DNA from: a virus
DNA: 64,000 nucleotides
Strand: one strand, 5' to 3'
Virus record (IMG/VR): IMGVR_UViG_3300007276_000045
Coordinates: 1 to 64,000 of that record
Each line of letters opens with the position of its first letter. Position 1 is the stretch's first letter. This document shows, piece after piece, positions 47,486-55,320 of this stretch. The notes under the pieces are model-generated. The model made no database searches. It was not told the origin of the DNA and was given only the letters and a program-made list of their open reading frames with translations. Both the position numbers and the translations under genes were made by a program.

Positions 47486-47776
47486 ATGAATACTGATATT
47501 GATCTCGTTGATTTTATGGATTTACTAAACTACACTCTACACAAAGACTTCGTAGAGAAATGGAGATATAAATACTCTGAGAAGTTTATAAAGCATTTCC
47601 AGATTAAAGTTCTAGAATCACTTAACAAACAGAAGATTTTAAAGAGAAGTAGTCTATTCAATTACATGACCAAGAAGTGTAGGTACTCTCCAGACCAAGT
47701 AGAAAACTTTTTCATTTCCATAGACATTAGTATATACTCACCCCTGATCGTAAATGACAAACCGAGACAAAAATGA
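47486..47776 (+). CDS. Hypothetical protein
   Basis: 96-aa ORF preceded by an AT-rich TATA-like box; no recognised motif. Confidence 0.6.
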   Translation: MNTDIDLVDFMDLLNYTLHKDFVEKWRYKYSEKFIKHFQIKVLESLNKQKILKRSSLFNYMTKKCRYSPDQVENFFISIDISIYSPLIVNDKPRQK

Positions 47777-47873
47777 AATTACCCAGACCCTACTGGCTAT
47801 TCTCTTCATGGAGAACTTTCCGGGTCTTACCCGGTTGATCCTATTGGGCTGGCAGCTTTTCTTTCTAGCTGTT

Positions 47874-48665
47874 TTACTTCTTCTTCCGTTTGGATTTTTT
47901 GCTAGCCTTTAAGGCAGTAATCCTTTCCTCGCAGATGTGCCCAGAATTGAACTCGGGACACATAGGCTTGTAAGCACACCAGTTGCAGAACTGATTCTGC
48001 ATGGCATGGAATTGATCCTTCTTCATCTTTCGGATCTTCCAGATCTGATCAACCTTCTCCTTGATGTAGTGCTTGATCTGATTCGCGGAATACTTACAAC
48101 TGACGAAGTGGTTGGTGACGGGGTAGTAGTGTGCTACCGTGATCTTATCCAACGACACACCCAGCTTCTTATGGATGGCAAAGGCGTAGCCTTGCATTTG
48201 TCGGTCTTGATACAGGTCTAGTTCCGATAGCTCACGCTTTGAAGTCTTGTAGTCAATGATGAGGTAGCCCCCATCCTTGCCTTTGATCACTCGGTCGATA
48301 ACACCATTGAACTTGATGTCCTTCTCTTTGTCATACACAACTTCATACACCATCTCAGTAGAGACGGTCTCCTGTAAAGTTGCATTGAAGCGGAGGAAGT
48401 TCTCTAAACACGTTTTGATCTTCGGAGTATAACTTTCTGAAAACGTGTAGTCTTTTTTGGCCTGCTCGGCTATAACAAGTAGCTGATCGAGCGTGGTAGC
48501 TTGATAGCCATCCTCTAAGATTTTATGAATAAACGAGCCAAAGTGAAGAGCGTCAGTGGGAGCATCAGAAGGCTCGGGAAGACGATCAACATACCGATAA
48601 CGGTATTTGAGTTGGCAATCTTTGAAGGTTTTGGATTTTGATTCGGAAATTGTATTAATGAACAT
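47874..48665 (-). CDS. RecB / AddB / Cas4-like PD-(D/E)XK exonuclease with four Fe-S cysteines
   Basis: KDCQLKY, GSFIHKILE, GVIDRV, IIDYKT, QMQGY, CNWC...MCP. Confidence 0.88.
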   Translation of the reverse strand: MFINTISESKSKTFKDCQLKYRYRYVDRLPEPSDAPTDALHFGSFIHKILEDGYQATTLDQLLVIAEQAKKDYTFSESYTPKIKTCLENFLRFNATLQETVSTEMVYEVVYDKEKDIKFNGVIDRVIKGKDGGYLIIDYKTSKRELSELDLYQDRQMQGYAFAIHKKLGVSLDKITVAHYYPVTNHFVSCKYSANQIKHYIKEKVDQIWKIRKMKKDQFHAMQNQFCNWCAYKPMCPEFNSGHICEERITALKASKKSKRKKK

Positions 48666-49662
48666 TATAGTACCTCAGTATATTAGAGACTACCTGACGG
48701 AGAAGTTCGAAGAAAATTACAGGTTATCTTCTAGCAACGATGAGATGATCGTCCCGTCTCTTTTTGTTCCCGACGATTACAAGCGTCACATGTCCGTAAA
48801 TTTGAATACGGGGTTGTGGCAATGTTTTAAGAGCGGAAACAAGGGTAACTTTATCCAGCTTTACGCATACCTAGAAGGTATCACTTATAATAAAGCTGAG
48901 TCTGCGATCCTATTCAAAGAGCTTCTCGACGGTGAAGTATTTAGTGCTCCTAAAGAACTACCTAAGAAAAAGCATAATCCTAAGAGGCAGGAAGAGCTTG
49001 GTCTTATTCCCGTCACAGTGGATTCTTATGAATCAGAAAACAGTCTGATTCAGAAAGCTTGGGCTTTTCTGTATGAGCGTGGTCTTTTTAACCTAAATCC
49101 TGATGTGGAGTTCTCTCCCACATACTACATCGCCACTAAGGGCATCTACAGAAACCGTCTGATTATCCCCTTCGAATATAATTCGCAGATTTTTTACTTT
49201 CAGGCACGAACTTTAGCGGACGAGACACCTAAATATCTTAACGCGACTGGGGACTGGCCTAAGTCCTCCGCAGTTCTATATCCGTATGATACTGAAGCGG
49301 ATCACCTTGTGGTGTGTGAGGGACCACTAGATGCCATCTCACTACAGTTGCAGGGTGTGAATGCTACTTGCACGCTAGGTTGTTCAATTTCTGATCTTCA
49401 AGTCGAGGAATTGAAGTCTTTTGAAGGGAAGATCATCGTAGGTTACGACAACGATGCAGCGGGGAAGAAGGGGGTAAACAGGTTTGATTATCTGCGCCGT
49501 CTAAAAAGGATGGCAGACTTGCACATCTGCCATCCACCTTCGGAAGTTAAAGATTGGAACGAGGCCCATATGAAGAGTATAGGCTTAAAGCGTTTTGTCG
49601 AATTGCGTACTACGAAGTACGACTACGACTACCTTGTTGATCACCTCCTTACGACACTGTGA
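48658..49662 (+). CDS. dnaG: DnaG-type DNA primase (likely start ATG 48658 rather than TTG 48607)
   Basis: RNRLIIPF, FQAR, PKYLN, Toprim motifs VCEGPLDAISL and YDNDAAG, KDWNE. Confidence 0.9.
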   Translation: MNIIVPQYIRDYLTEKFEENYRLSSSNDEMIVPSLFVPDDYKRHMSVNLNTGLWQCFKSGNKGNFIQLYAYLEGITYNKAESAILFKELLDGEVFSAPKELPKKKHNPKRQEELGLIPVTVDSYESENSLIQKAWAFLYERGLFNLNPDVEFSPTYYIATKGIYRNRLIIPFEYNSQIFYFQARTLADETPKYLNATGDWPKSSAVLYPYDTEADHLVVCEGPLDAISLQLQGVNATCTLGCSISDLQVEELKSFEGKIIVGYDNDAAGKKGVNRFDYLRRLKRMADLHICHPPSEVKDWNEAHMKSIGLKRFVELRTTKYDYDYLVDHLLTTL

Positions 49663-50575
49663 GGTAGTACAGCGGACTTATAATTGTCTGATTTAGCAAG
49701 GTGTATTTTACTTGCACGCTATACGTCCCTGTCAAACTTCCAAAAGTTCCGTTCGTGAAGCTGGACAACCCGTTAATTTGGGTCGTGTCCCAGTTCATGA
49801 TAATAGTATTATCTTTAGTAATAGTAGTTGTTGAGTCAGCAAACGAGGATACTGTAAAGGGACCATCAAAGTTGTGGTCTTGGTTGACCTTCTTGATCTC
49901 CATCGTTGCGCTAGTAATTACAGAGTCTTTGAAGATATTCTGAACAGTGTCAGTCATGCCTTCATTCTGAACTGTAGTCTCAGTACTTACCTTAAGATCA
50001 ATCTTCTCCCCGAGCCTAACCTTCTTATTCATTAATTTGTTAGAAGTGGTTAGCAGCAGCGGTTCCGTGAAGGCGAAGAAGGTATCTTCATGCAGGCTGA
50101 AGTGGTTTGTAATTACTTGATACTTAGATGCTGAATCTAATTTGACCGTCCAAAGGTCAACGTAGTCACCTACAGAAGAAAGGCTAGAAACGCAAAGCTC
50201 TGTGGAGGAGTTGGTATCATACCCAGAAAGGGATAAAGTCTGGTCCAGAACAACAACGTAGTCCCCCGTCCCAACTTTATAAATTCCACTAGCTGTGACA
50301 GAGGGTATGTAATTACTGCTGTCAAAGTTATCATGAGAAGTGAGGGTCTGCCCCGAAGCCCCGTATGTCATTAAGGGTGTAGAGCTAACGAGGTTCTCAC
50401 TATCGAGTACTGTATTAGGGGTTAAAGTAGAGGACTTAGTGAATAGTTGGACTGAGCTAATCTCATAAGGATCAACGTATGCCCCGTCATTTATAAAGAA
50501 GACGCGCAACCCTACTCGCTGGCTCACGTTAGGGCGATTTCCTCTATCTACGATTACTGTGTTGTTGACTTGCAC
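49649..50575 (-). CDS. Putative Ig-like / beta-sandwich virion protein
   Basis: S/T/V-rich; GIYKVGTGDY, GDYVDLWTV, GTYSVQVKY; GTG start. Confidence 0.55.
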   Translation of the reverse strand: MQVNNTVIVDRGNRPNVSQRVGLRVFFINDGAYVDPYEISSVQLFTKSSTLTPNTVLDSENLVSSTPLMTYGASGQTLTSHDNFDSSNYIPSVTASGIYKVGTGDYVVVLDQTLSLSGYDTNSSTELCVSSLSSVGDYVDLWTVKLDSASKYQVITNHFSLHEDTFFAFTEPLLLTTSNKLMNKKVRLGEKIDLKVSTETTVQNEGMTDTVQNIFKDSVITSATMEIKKVNQDHNFDGPFTVSSFADSTTTITKDNTIIMNWDTTQINGLSSFTNGTFGSLTGTYSVQVKYTLLNQTIISPLYYLTVS

Positions 50576-50738
50576 GCTTTTCCTCTTCTATTTCTTGGCT
50601 GAAAAACTCTAAGAACGCCGACCGATCCGCTCGGCTCATGTCCTTTACGTCCGCATAGCTGAATCTGACATGCTTCACAAGTATATAGGCTTCATGAAGC
50701 AAGTCTTTTAAATTAAAAGACTCAGCTATTTGCTCGAA
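50544..50738 (-). CDS. gp51-like frame with no convincing independent start, probably reached by -1 frameshift from the gp26-like gene
   Basis: -1 frame reads FEQIAESFNLKDLLHEAYILVKHVRFSYADVKDMSRADRSAFLEFFSQEIEEEKRASQQHSNRR*; the L.KH..FSY.DV..M...R pattern is gp51/gpT-like. Confidence 0.7.
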   Translation of the reverse strand, partial: FEQIAESFNLKDLLHEAYILVKHVRFSYADVKDMSRADRSAFLEFFSQEIEEEKRASQQHSNRR

Positions 50739-51496
50739 AAAAAATCCGCTGTAATCGGTAGCTCCATACTTTCAACATGATCGCAGTATGAACAGGCAAA
50801 TCTCACATTAGTATCAATGCCATAATTCGTGCAACCTAATGCTTCCATAATAATGTGAGCATCTTTGATAGGTAATTGAGGAACTACCTTAGAGATAACA
50901 GATTTAGCATCGTATCCTCCAATGCTAACAATAAATCTCCACAAGTTATTTAGTGTGGTCTCTGAGTTAGTAAAGTATCTTTCATCTTCAACACGCGGAA
51001 TCTTAACAACTACCTCCTTTTTTAGGATAGGCAGTTGGACTTTCATGGGATTGGTAAGCTCTTCATCAGCGTAATTAACATTAAACGTGTCCAGTGCAAA
51101 CACTACATTGTTTTCCGACTTACAACTTGGGCAGTTAATAGTAACATGGTAGTTTGGTCCGTAGGAAATCTCTCGTAGCTTCATTAGCATGTAGAGTTTA
51201 TCCATCTGCAAAAGCTGTGCAATGTCAATATTGGTCACACACCTAGCCAGTAGCTTATTAATGATATCACTCCCCCCGTCTTTCTTAGACAACATGCTCT
51301 TTTCATCCGCAAAACTCATTGGGCGCATCGTAATTGGCATACTAGGGTCTTGAAGAGTGTAAAAACGGTTCTTTGAAGGAAGGTCTACCTCGATAGCATC
51401 GTTAGATGGCATCTCTTTCAAGATATCATCAATAATAGACTGGTCACCTTGGGGGAACTTCGTCTCTTTTGGATTTGGGTTGGTTGGTTCTGACAT
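50726..51496 (-). CDS. Baseplate hub assembly chaperone (T4 gp26-like)
   Basis: LPSK, MRPMSFADEK, DKLYMLMKLREISYG, CPSC and CSYC, C-terminal DFF. Confidence 0.82.
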   Translation of the reverse strand: MSEPTNPNPKETKFPQGDQSIIDDILKEMPSNDAIEVDLPSKNRFYTLQDPSMPITMRPMSFADEKSMLSKKDGGSDIINKLLARCVTNIDIAQLLQMDKLYMLMKLREISYGPNYHVTINCPSCKSENNVVFALDTFNVNYADEELTNPMKVQLPILKKEVVVKIPRVEDERYFTNSETTLNNLWRFIVSIGGYDAKSVISKVVPQLPIKDAHIIMEALGCTNYGIDTNVRFACSYCDHVESMELPITADFFSSK

Positions 51497-51530
51497 AAAA
51501 AATACTCCTACTGCGGTACACAGAGCTATT

Positions 51531-51539
51531 CTATAATAG
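51531..51539 (+). promoter_or_regulatory. CTATAATAG box, candidate leaderless promoter for uvsW
   Basis: TATAAT + 6 nt + ATG (51544); no Shine-Dalgarno. Confidence 0.55.
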
Positions 51540-51543
51540 TCTG

Positions 51544-52920
51544 ATGAAGATCCATATAAACACTCTAAAATCTAGGATAGAAACGGATAACCAATCTCTC
51601 CTTGATGCGTTATATAGCCTATACTCTGAAAAAACTCCCGGATACCAATATTCTCCCGCGTACAAGCGGCGACAATGGGACGGGAATATGCACTTTATCA
51701 CTAAAACAGGCACATTTAGGACTGGATTGTTAAATAAGGTGTTAGAAGACCTTGAGAAGATTGGTTGTACACCTGAGCTTTGCTATGAAAATGCACAAAA
51801 AGTGGACACTTCTACACAAAACTACGAAATTGATAACTTTTCCTACTACTCGTACCAAAAAGAGCTAATTGAAAAAGGTTTAGAGGAACAGCGCGGAATC
51901 ATAAAATCCCCTACAGGGTCTGGAAAAACACTAATTATGGCTGGATTGGTTAAAGCACTGGCTGGAAGGAAAATGGTGCTTCTTTTTAACGCAAAACAGC
52001 TACTTACACAAAGTTATGATTTTCTTACTAAAACTTGTGGGATGGATAATATTGGCCTTTGTTTTGGTGAGGGTTATATTTACGGTGATATTATGCTTTG
52101 TACTGTCCAGAGCATTGAAAAAATTCTAGACACGCACTTGGAAGAAGCCGAAGTTTTGATGGTAGATGAGTGTCATGAGTTTGGAAACGGCAAGACTACA
52201 CTAGCTGCCCTACAAGCCTTCCCTAAGGCCCTGTATCGCTTTGGGTTCACCGCAACGCCACCATCCGACAAGATACCCAAGTTGAACCTAGAGGGTGCTC
52301 TAGGGCCTGTGTGGGCCTCTGTGGAGACTGCTGGTCTTGTGGAGTCAGGAAAGCTCACTAAACCCATTATTCAACTGATTGATAGACCTTACACGGCAAG
52401 TGGGGCAGACGAAGATATGTCCTATCTTGAGGCATATGATGAGTACATTGTCTATAACGAAGATAGGAATAATATAATTAAGGATGTAGTTAATGAAATT
52501 AGAAAAAACAACAAACAATCTCGCATACTTATACTTACCAAATCACTTGATCATGGAAGAACCTTGGAGGAGTTGCTTGGAGACGGGCCAGTTCAGTTTC
52601 TACAGGGTGAAAACTCGCTCGGAGACAGGTATCAGAGTATTGCTAAGTTCCTCGGACATAAAGAATCTAGTGTCCTTATTGGCACTAAAATTCTCCAAAC
52701 AGGAATCAACATTGAGGAAATCACCCACTTCATTAACGCAAGAGGGATGAAGTCTGAAATAGCAACCCTACAGGCTCTGGGAAGAGCCTTACGCCGACAC
52801 GAATCTAAGGACAAAGTATTTGTATACGATTTCTTAGATAAAGAAAAATACCTTCGCGAGCACTCTAATGCTAGACGAAGGCACTACAAGAAAGAAGGAC
52901 ATGAGGTACGCACAATATGA
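51544..52920 (+). CDS. uvsW: UvsW-like SF2 DNA helicase
   Basis: N-terminal PGYQYSPAYKRRQWDG, SPTGSGKT, DECH, TATP, QALGRALR. Confidence 0.9.
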   Translation: MKIHINTLKSRIETDNQSLLDALYSLYSEKTPGYQYSPAYKRRQWDGNMHFITKTGTFRTGLLNKVLEDLEKIGCTPELCYENAQKVDTSTQNYEIDNFSYYSYQKELIEKGLEEQRGIIKSPTGSGKTLIMAGLVKALAGRKMVLLFNAKQLLTQSYDFLTKTCGMDNIGLCFGEGYIYGDIMLCTVQSIEKILDTHLEEAEVLMVDECHEFGNGKTTLAALQAFPKALYRFGFTATPPSDKIPKLNLEGALGPVWASVETAGLVESGKLTKPIIQLIDRPYTASGADEDMSYLEAYDEYIVYNEDRNNIIKDVVNEIRKNNKQSRILILTKSLDHGRTLEELLGDGPVQFLQGENSLGDRYQSIAKFLGHKESSVLIGTKILQTGINIEEITHFINARGMKSEIATLQALGRALRRHESKDKVFVYDFLDKEKYLREHSNARRRHYKKEGHEVRTI

Positions 52921-53144
52921 AAACCCCCGATGAAATTAAGGAAAGCAAAAGTAAGTTTAACACATCAGAGATTAGCGATTTAAGTTGGCTATCGGCTGAG
53001 TTGGAAACTTTTATTAAGGATGACGAGGTTAGTGTCCAAGGACTACAAACACTGGAGAACATGACCAACACTCTTAATAACTTTAAGCGGACGTATACTC
53101 AACGTATCATCCGCTTATTAAAGAGTGCTCACATAGTAGACTAG
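52917..53144 (+). CDS. Small helical hypothetical protein coupled to uvsW
   Basis: ATGA overlap with the helicase stop; GAGG upstream. Confidence 0.6.
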   Translation: MKTPDEIKESKSKFNTSEISDLSWLSAELETFIKDDEVSVQGLQTLENMTNTLNNFKRTYTQRIIRLLKSAHIVD

Positions 53145-53383
53145 TTACCCTCAGCGATTCCGGGAATCTTAATATTTGGGTTCTCCATTTTAAGCCTAAG
53201 CCCCCAGTTCTCCATGTCCCGCACGGTCCACTGATCTTCAAGCTTCTGCTCTAATGTGTCGAGCTTATAATTAATGTTAGTAAGCTGAGTGCTTATCCAG
53301 ACTACACCTCCACAGAGGGCAATCACCATGCCCAGTGGCATTAGAGTCTCTTTCGAGAGTGTAAGTGTTTTTGTTTTTTCCAT
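53141..53383 (-). CDS. Small single-TM membrane protein with a coiled coil
   Basis: Hydrophobic LMPLGMVIALCGGVVWI segment followed by heptads. Confidence 0.6.
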   Translation of the reverse strand: MEKTKTLTLSKETLMPLGMVIALCGGVVWISTQLTNINYKLDTLEQKLEDQWTVRDMENWGLRLKMENPNIKIPGIAEGN

Positions 53384-55317
53384 TATGCTATTCTGACGAT
53401 ACTCACGGTGGTACCAGATTTAAACGCGCAATTCCCTGTACTGGCTGTAGCGGTAAATTCGATGTCCCACGAAGTTCTACCTACTTGTCCTACCCACTCT
53501 AGTGTCATACATTGAGGTGAAATAACCGAGTAACTGTTATTAGCGATAGTATGCTTAGTACTACCATTAATATCTAGATCAATAGTAACAGTAGGGTTGA
53601 CAGCACTGTTTGAAACTATCGCACACAGTAGAACTCTGTAGACTCCAGTCCCTGTGCCAACTCGCCATGCTGCCGGAGTTGAACCATCTGGGTCTTTGGT
53701 AAACGTCAAGAAGGTGTCATCACCTGCTGCTGCGCCAGTTGGGATACTCTTTACTGTAGCCGTATCCCCGTCAGAAGATAAACCTTGTCCTAGATTGGAG
53801 ATTGTTGCGTTATTTGAATCGCCAAGGAATCTAGTCCATAGGAACTCCCCATGCATGTGTGGAGCAGCCCAGTTTTCAGAAATAGTGGCTACAGTACCAT
53901 CATAATCAACAGTGCCAGTCGTGGAATAGGATAAAGGAGCATTAGTATCAATAGCCACACCTGAGAGATTAATACTTTTAGCAAAGTTACCCACTCCAGA
54001 CACGTTCAAGCCAGCGTTAGTCTTTAGTCCAGCGGTAGTAACGATCCCTCTAAAAGTTGCAGCAATCGAATTAAACTGGTTGGAGGGAACATCTCCACTA
54101 TCTTCAGGGTCAGCATCGCCAGCAAAGTATGTAATGGGCAGACCTGTAACATCTAAGATAGTGTTATCACTCTTTCTAATCTTGTCTGCTGCAATATGCC
54201 CAGACCCAGTAGCGGCAAGAGTTTGCCCTGAAATAAAGAGAAGAGTTACGGGACTATTTCCATCACTACCTTCAATAAAGTTGCCATCACTACCAAATAC
54301 ACCTTGCGAAAAATCGAACTCGGCACCGACTTGATCACCCGGAGTAACGATTCCAAGAGCAACATCATTCATAGGTCTCAACCCGTAGGATGAACCCTCT
54401 GCGTTCGGCATGAATTTAAATACTTGTCCACCTCTAGGGTTAGGGCCTGTAAATTTAAACTCTCCTGTTAGGTTAGTGGGCATGGAAAGTCCAGCAACGA
54501 CAATCCTATCCTTTGGACCCGCATCTCCCTGAGCACCTTGAGTACCTTGAGCACCCTGAGAACCAGTATCACCAACAACCTTACCTAGCTCCTCAAGTAA
54601 AGTACTACCATCTGGCTTAATGAAGTCCACAAAAAGACTAGGACCAGAGATCCTCGCCCTAGTAAACCCTGATCCTGCTGAACCAGCCGCGCCATCATTT
54701 CCATTAGATCCATTATCACCAACAACCTTACCTAGCTCTTCAAGTAAAGTACTACCATCGGGTTTAATGAAGTCCACAAAAAGACTAGGACCAACGATCC
54801 TCGCCCTAGTATACCCTGATCCTGCTGATCCGTCAGACCCGTTAGTACCGTTAGATCCATTATCACCAACAACCTTACCTAGCTCTTCAAGTAAAGTACT
54901 ACCATCGGGCTTAATGAAGTCCACAAAAAGGCTCGGGCCAACGATCCTCGCCCTAGTATACCCTGATCCTGCTGAACCATCCGAACCATCCGAACCATTA
55001 GATCCATTATCACCAACAACCTTACCTAGCTCTTCGAGTAAAGTACTACCATCTGGCTTAATGAAGTCCACAAAAAGGGTTGGACCCAAGATCTGCGCCC
55101 TAGTATACCCTGATCCTGCTGATCCGTCAGACCCGTTAGTACCCGCTGGCCCTTGTGGGCCTTGTGGGCCTTGTGGGCCTTGAGCACCCGCGCCACCTGA
55201 GCCTCCCGAATACATCCCACAAATGGGAGCACAGATCTCGTCCCCTGCGGGTAGCTCCTCGAAGATAATCTGCCCGTTAGCGTCAGTCCCTAATACAAGA
55301 GGTATGCGATCTGCCAC
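53383..55317 (-). CDS. Collagen-like repeat fibre protein
   Basis: GPQ/GxN triplets interrupted by four 49-aa repeats; beta-rich C-terminal domain. Confidence 0.75.
   Translation of the reverse strand: MADRIPLVLGTDANGQIIFEELPAGDEICAPICGMYSGGSGGAGAQGPQGPQGPQGPAGTNGSDGSAGSGYTRAQILGPTLFVDFIKPDGSTLLEELGKVVGDNGSNGSDGSDGSAGSGYTRARIVGPSLFVDFIKPDGSTLLEELGKVVGDNGSNGTNGSDGSAGSGYTRARIVGPSLFVDFIKPDGSTLLEELGKVVGDNGSNGNDGAAGSAGSGFTRARISGPSLFVDFIKPDGSTLLEELGKVVGDTGSQGAQGTQGAQGDAGPKDRIVVAGLSMPTNLTGEFKFTGPNPRGGQVFKFMPNAEGSSYGLRPMNDVALGIVTPGDQVGAEFDFSQGVFGSDGNFIEGSDGNSPVTLLFISGQTLAATGSGHIAADKIRKSDNTILDVTGLPITYFAGDADPEDSGDVPSNQFNSIAATFRGIVTTAGLKTNAGLNVSGVGNFAKSINLSGVAIDTNAPLSYSTTGTVDYDGTVATISENWAAPHMHGEFLWTRFLGDSNNATISNLGQGLSSDGDTATVKSIPTGAAAGDDTFLTFTKDPDGSTPAAWRVGTGTGVYRVLLCAIVSNSAVNPTVTIDLDINGSTKHTIANNSYSVISPQCMTLEWVGQVGRTSWDIEFTATASTGNCAFKSGTTVSIVRIA
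54565..55150. repeat. Four tandem ~147-bp repeats within the fibre gene
   Basis: Anchor AAGTCCACAAAAAG recurs at about 54623, 54770, 54917 and 55064 (147-bp period); encodes GSGYTRARIVGPSLFVDFIKPDGSTLLEELGKVVGD. Confidence 0.92.
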
Positions 55318-55320
55318 TTA

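Noticed and set aside
47777-47873. tRNA or hammerhead ribozyme in the triple-hairpin gap; also a short ORF starting at 47773
   Set aside because: No acceptor stem, TTC T-loop or CUGANGA/GAAA core; the short ORF has no supporting features
48607-48657. TTG-initiated N-terminal extension of the primase given in the ORF track
   Set aside because: Lies antisense within the conserved N-terminus of the exonuclease; ATG 48658 is more plausible
47874-48665. Cas4-like nuclease as evidence of a CRISPR-Cas system
   Set aside because: No cas1/cas2 or array in the window; stand-alone RecB/Cas4-like exonucleases are common phage recombination genes
54565-55150. Regularly spaced repeats as a possible CRISPR array
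   Set aside because: The whole 147-bp unit repeats in frame inside a CDS; there are no unique spacers
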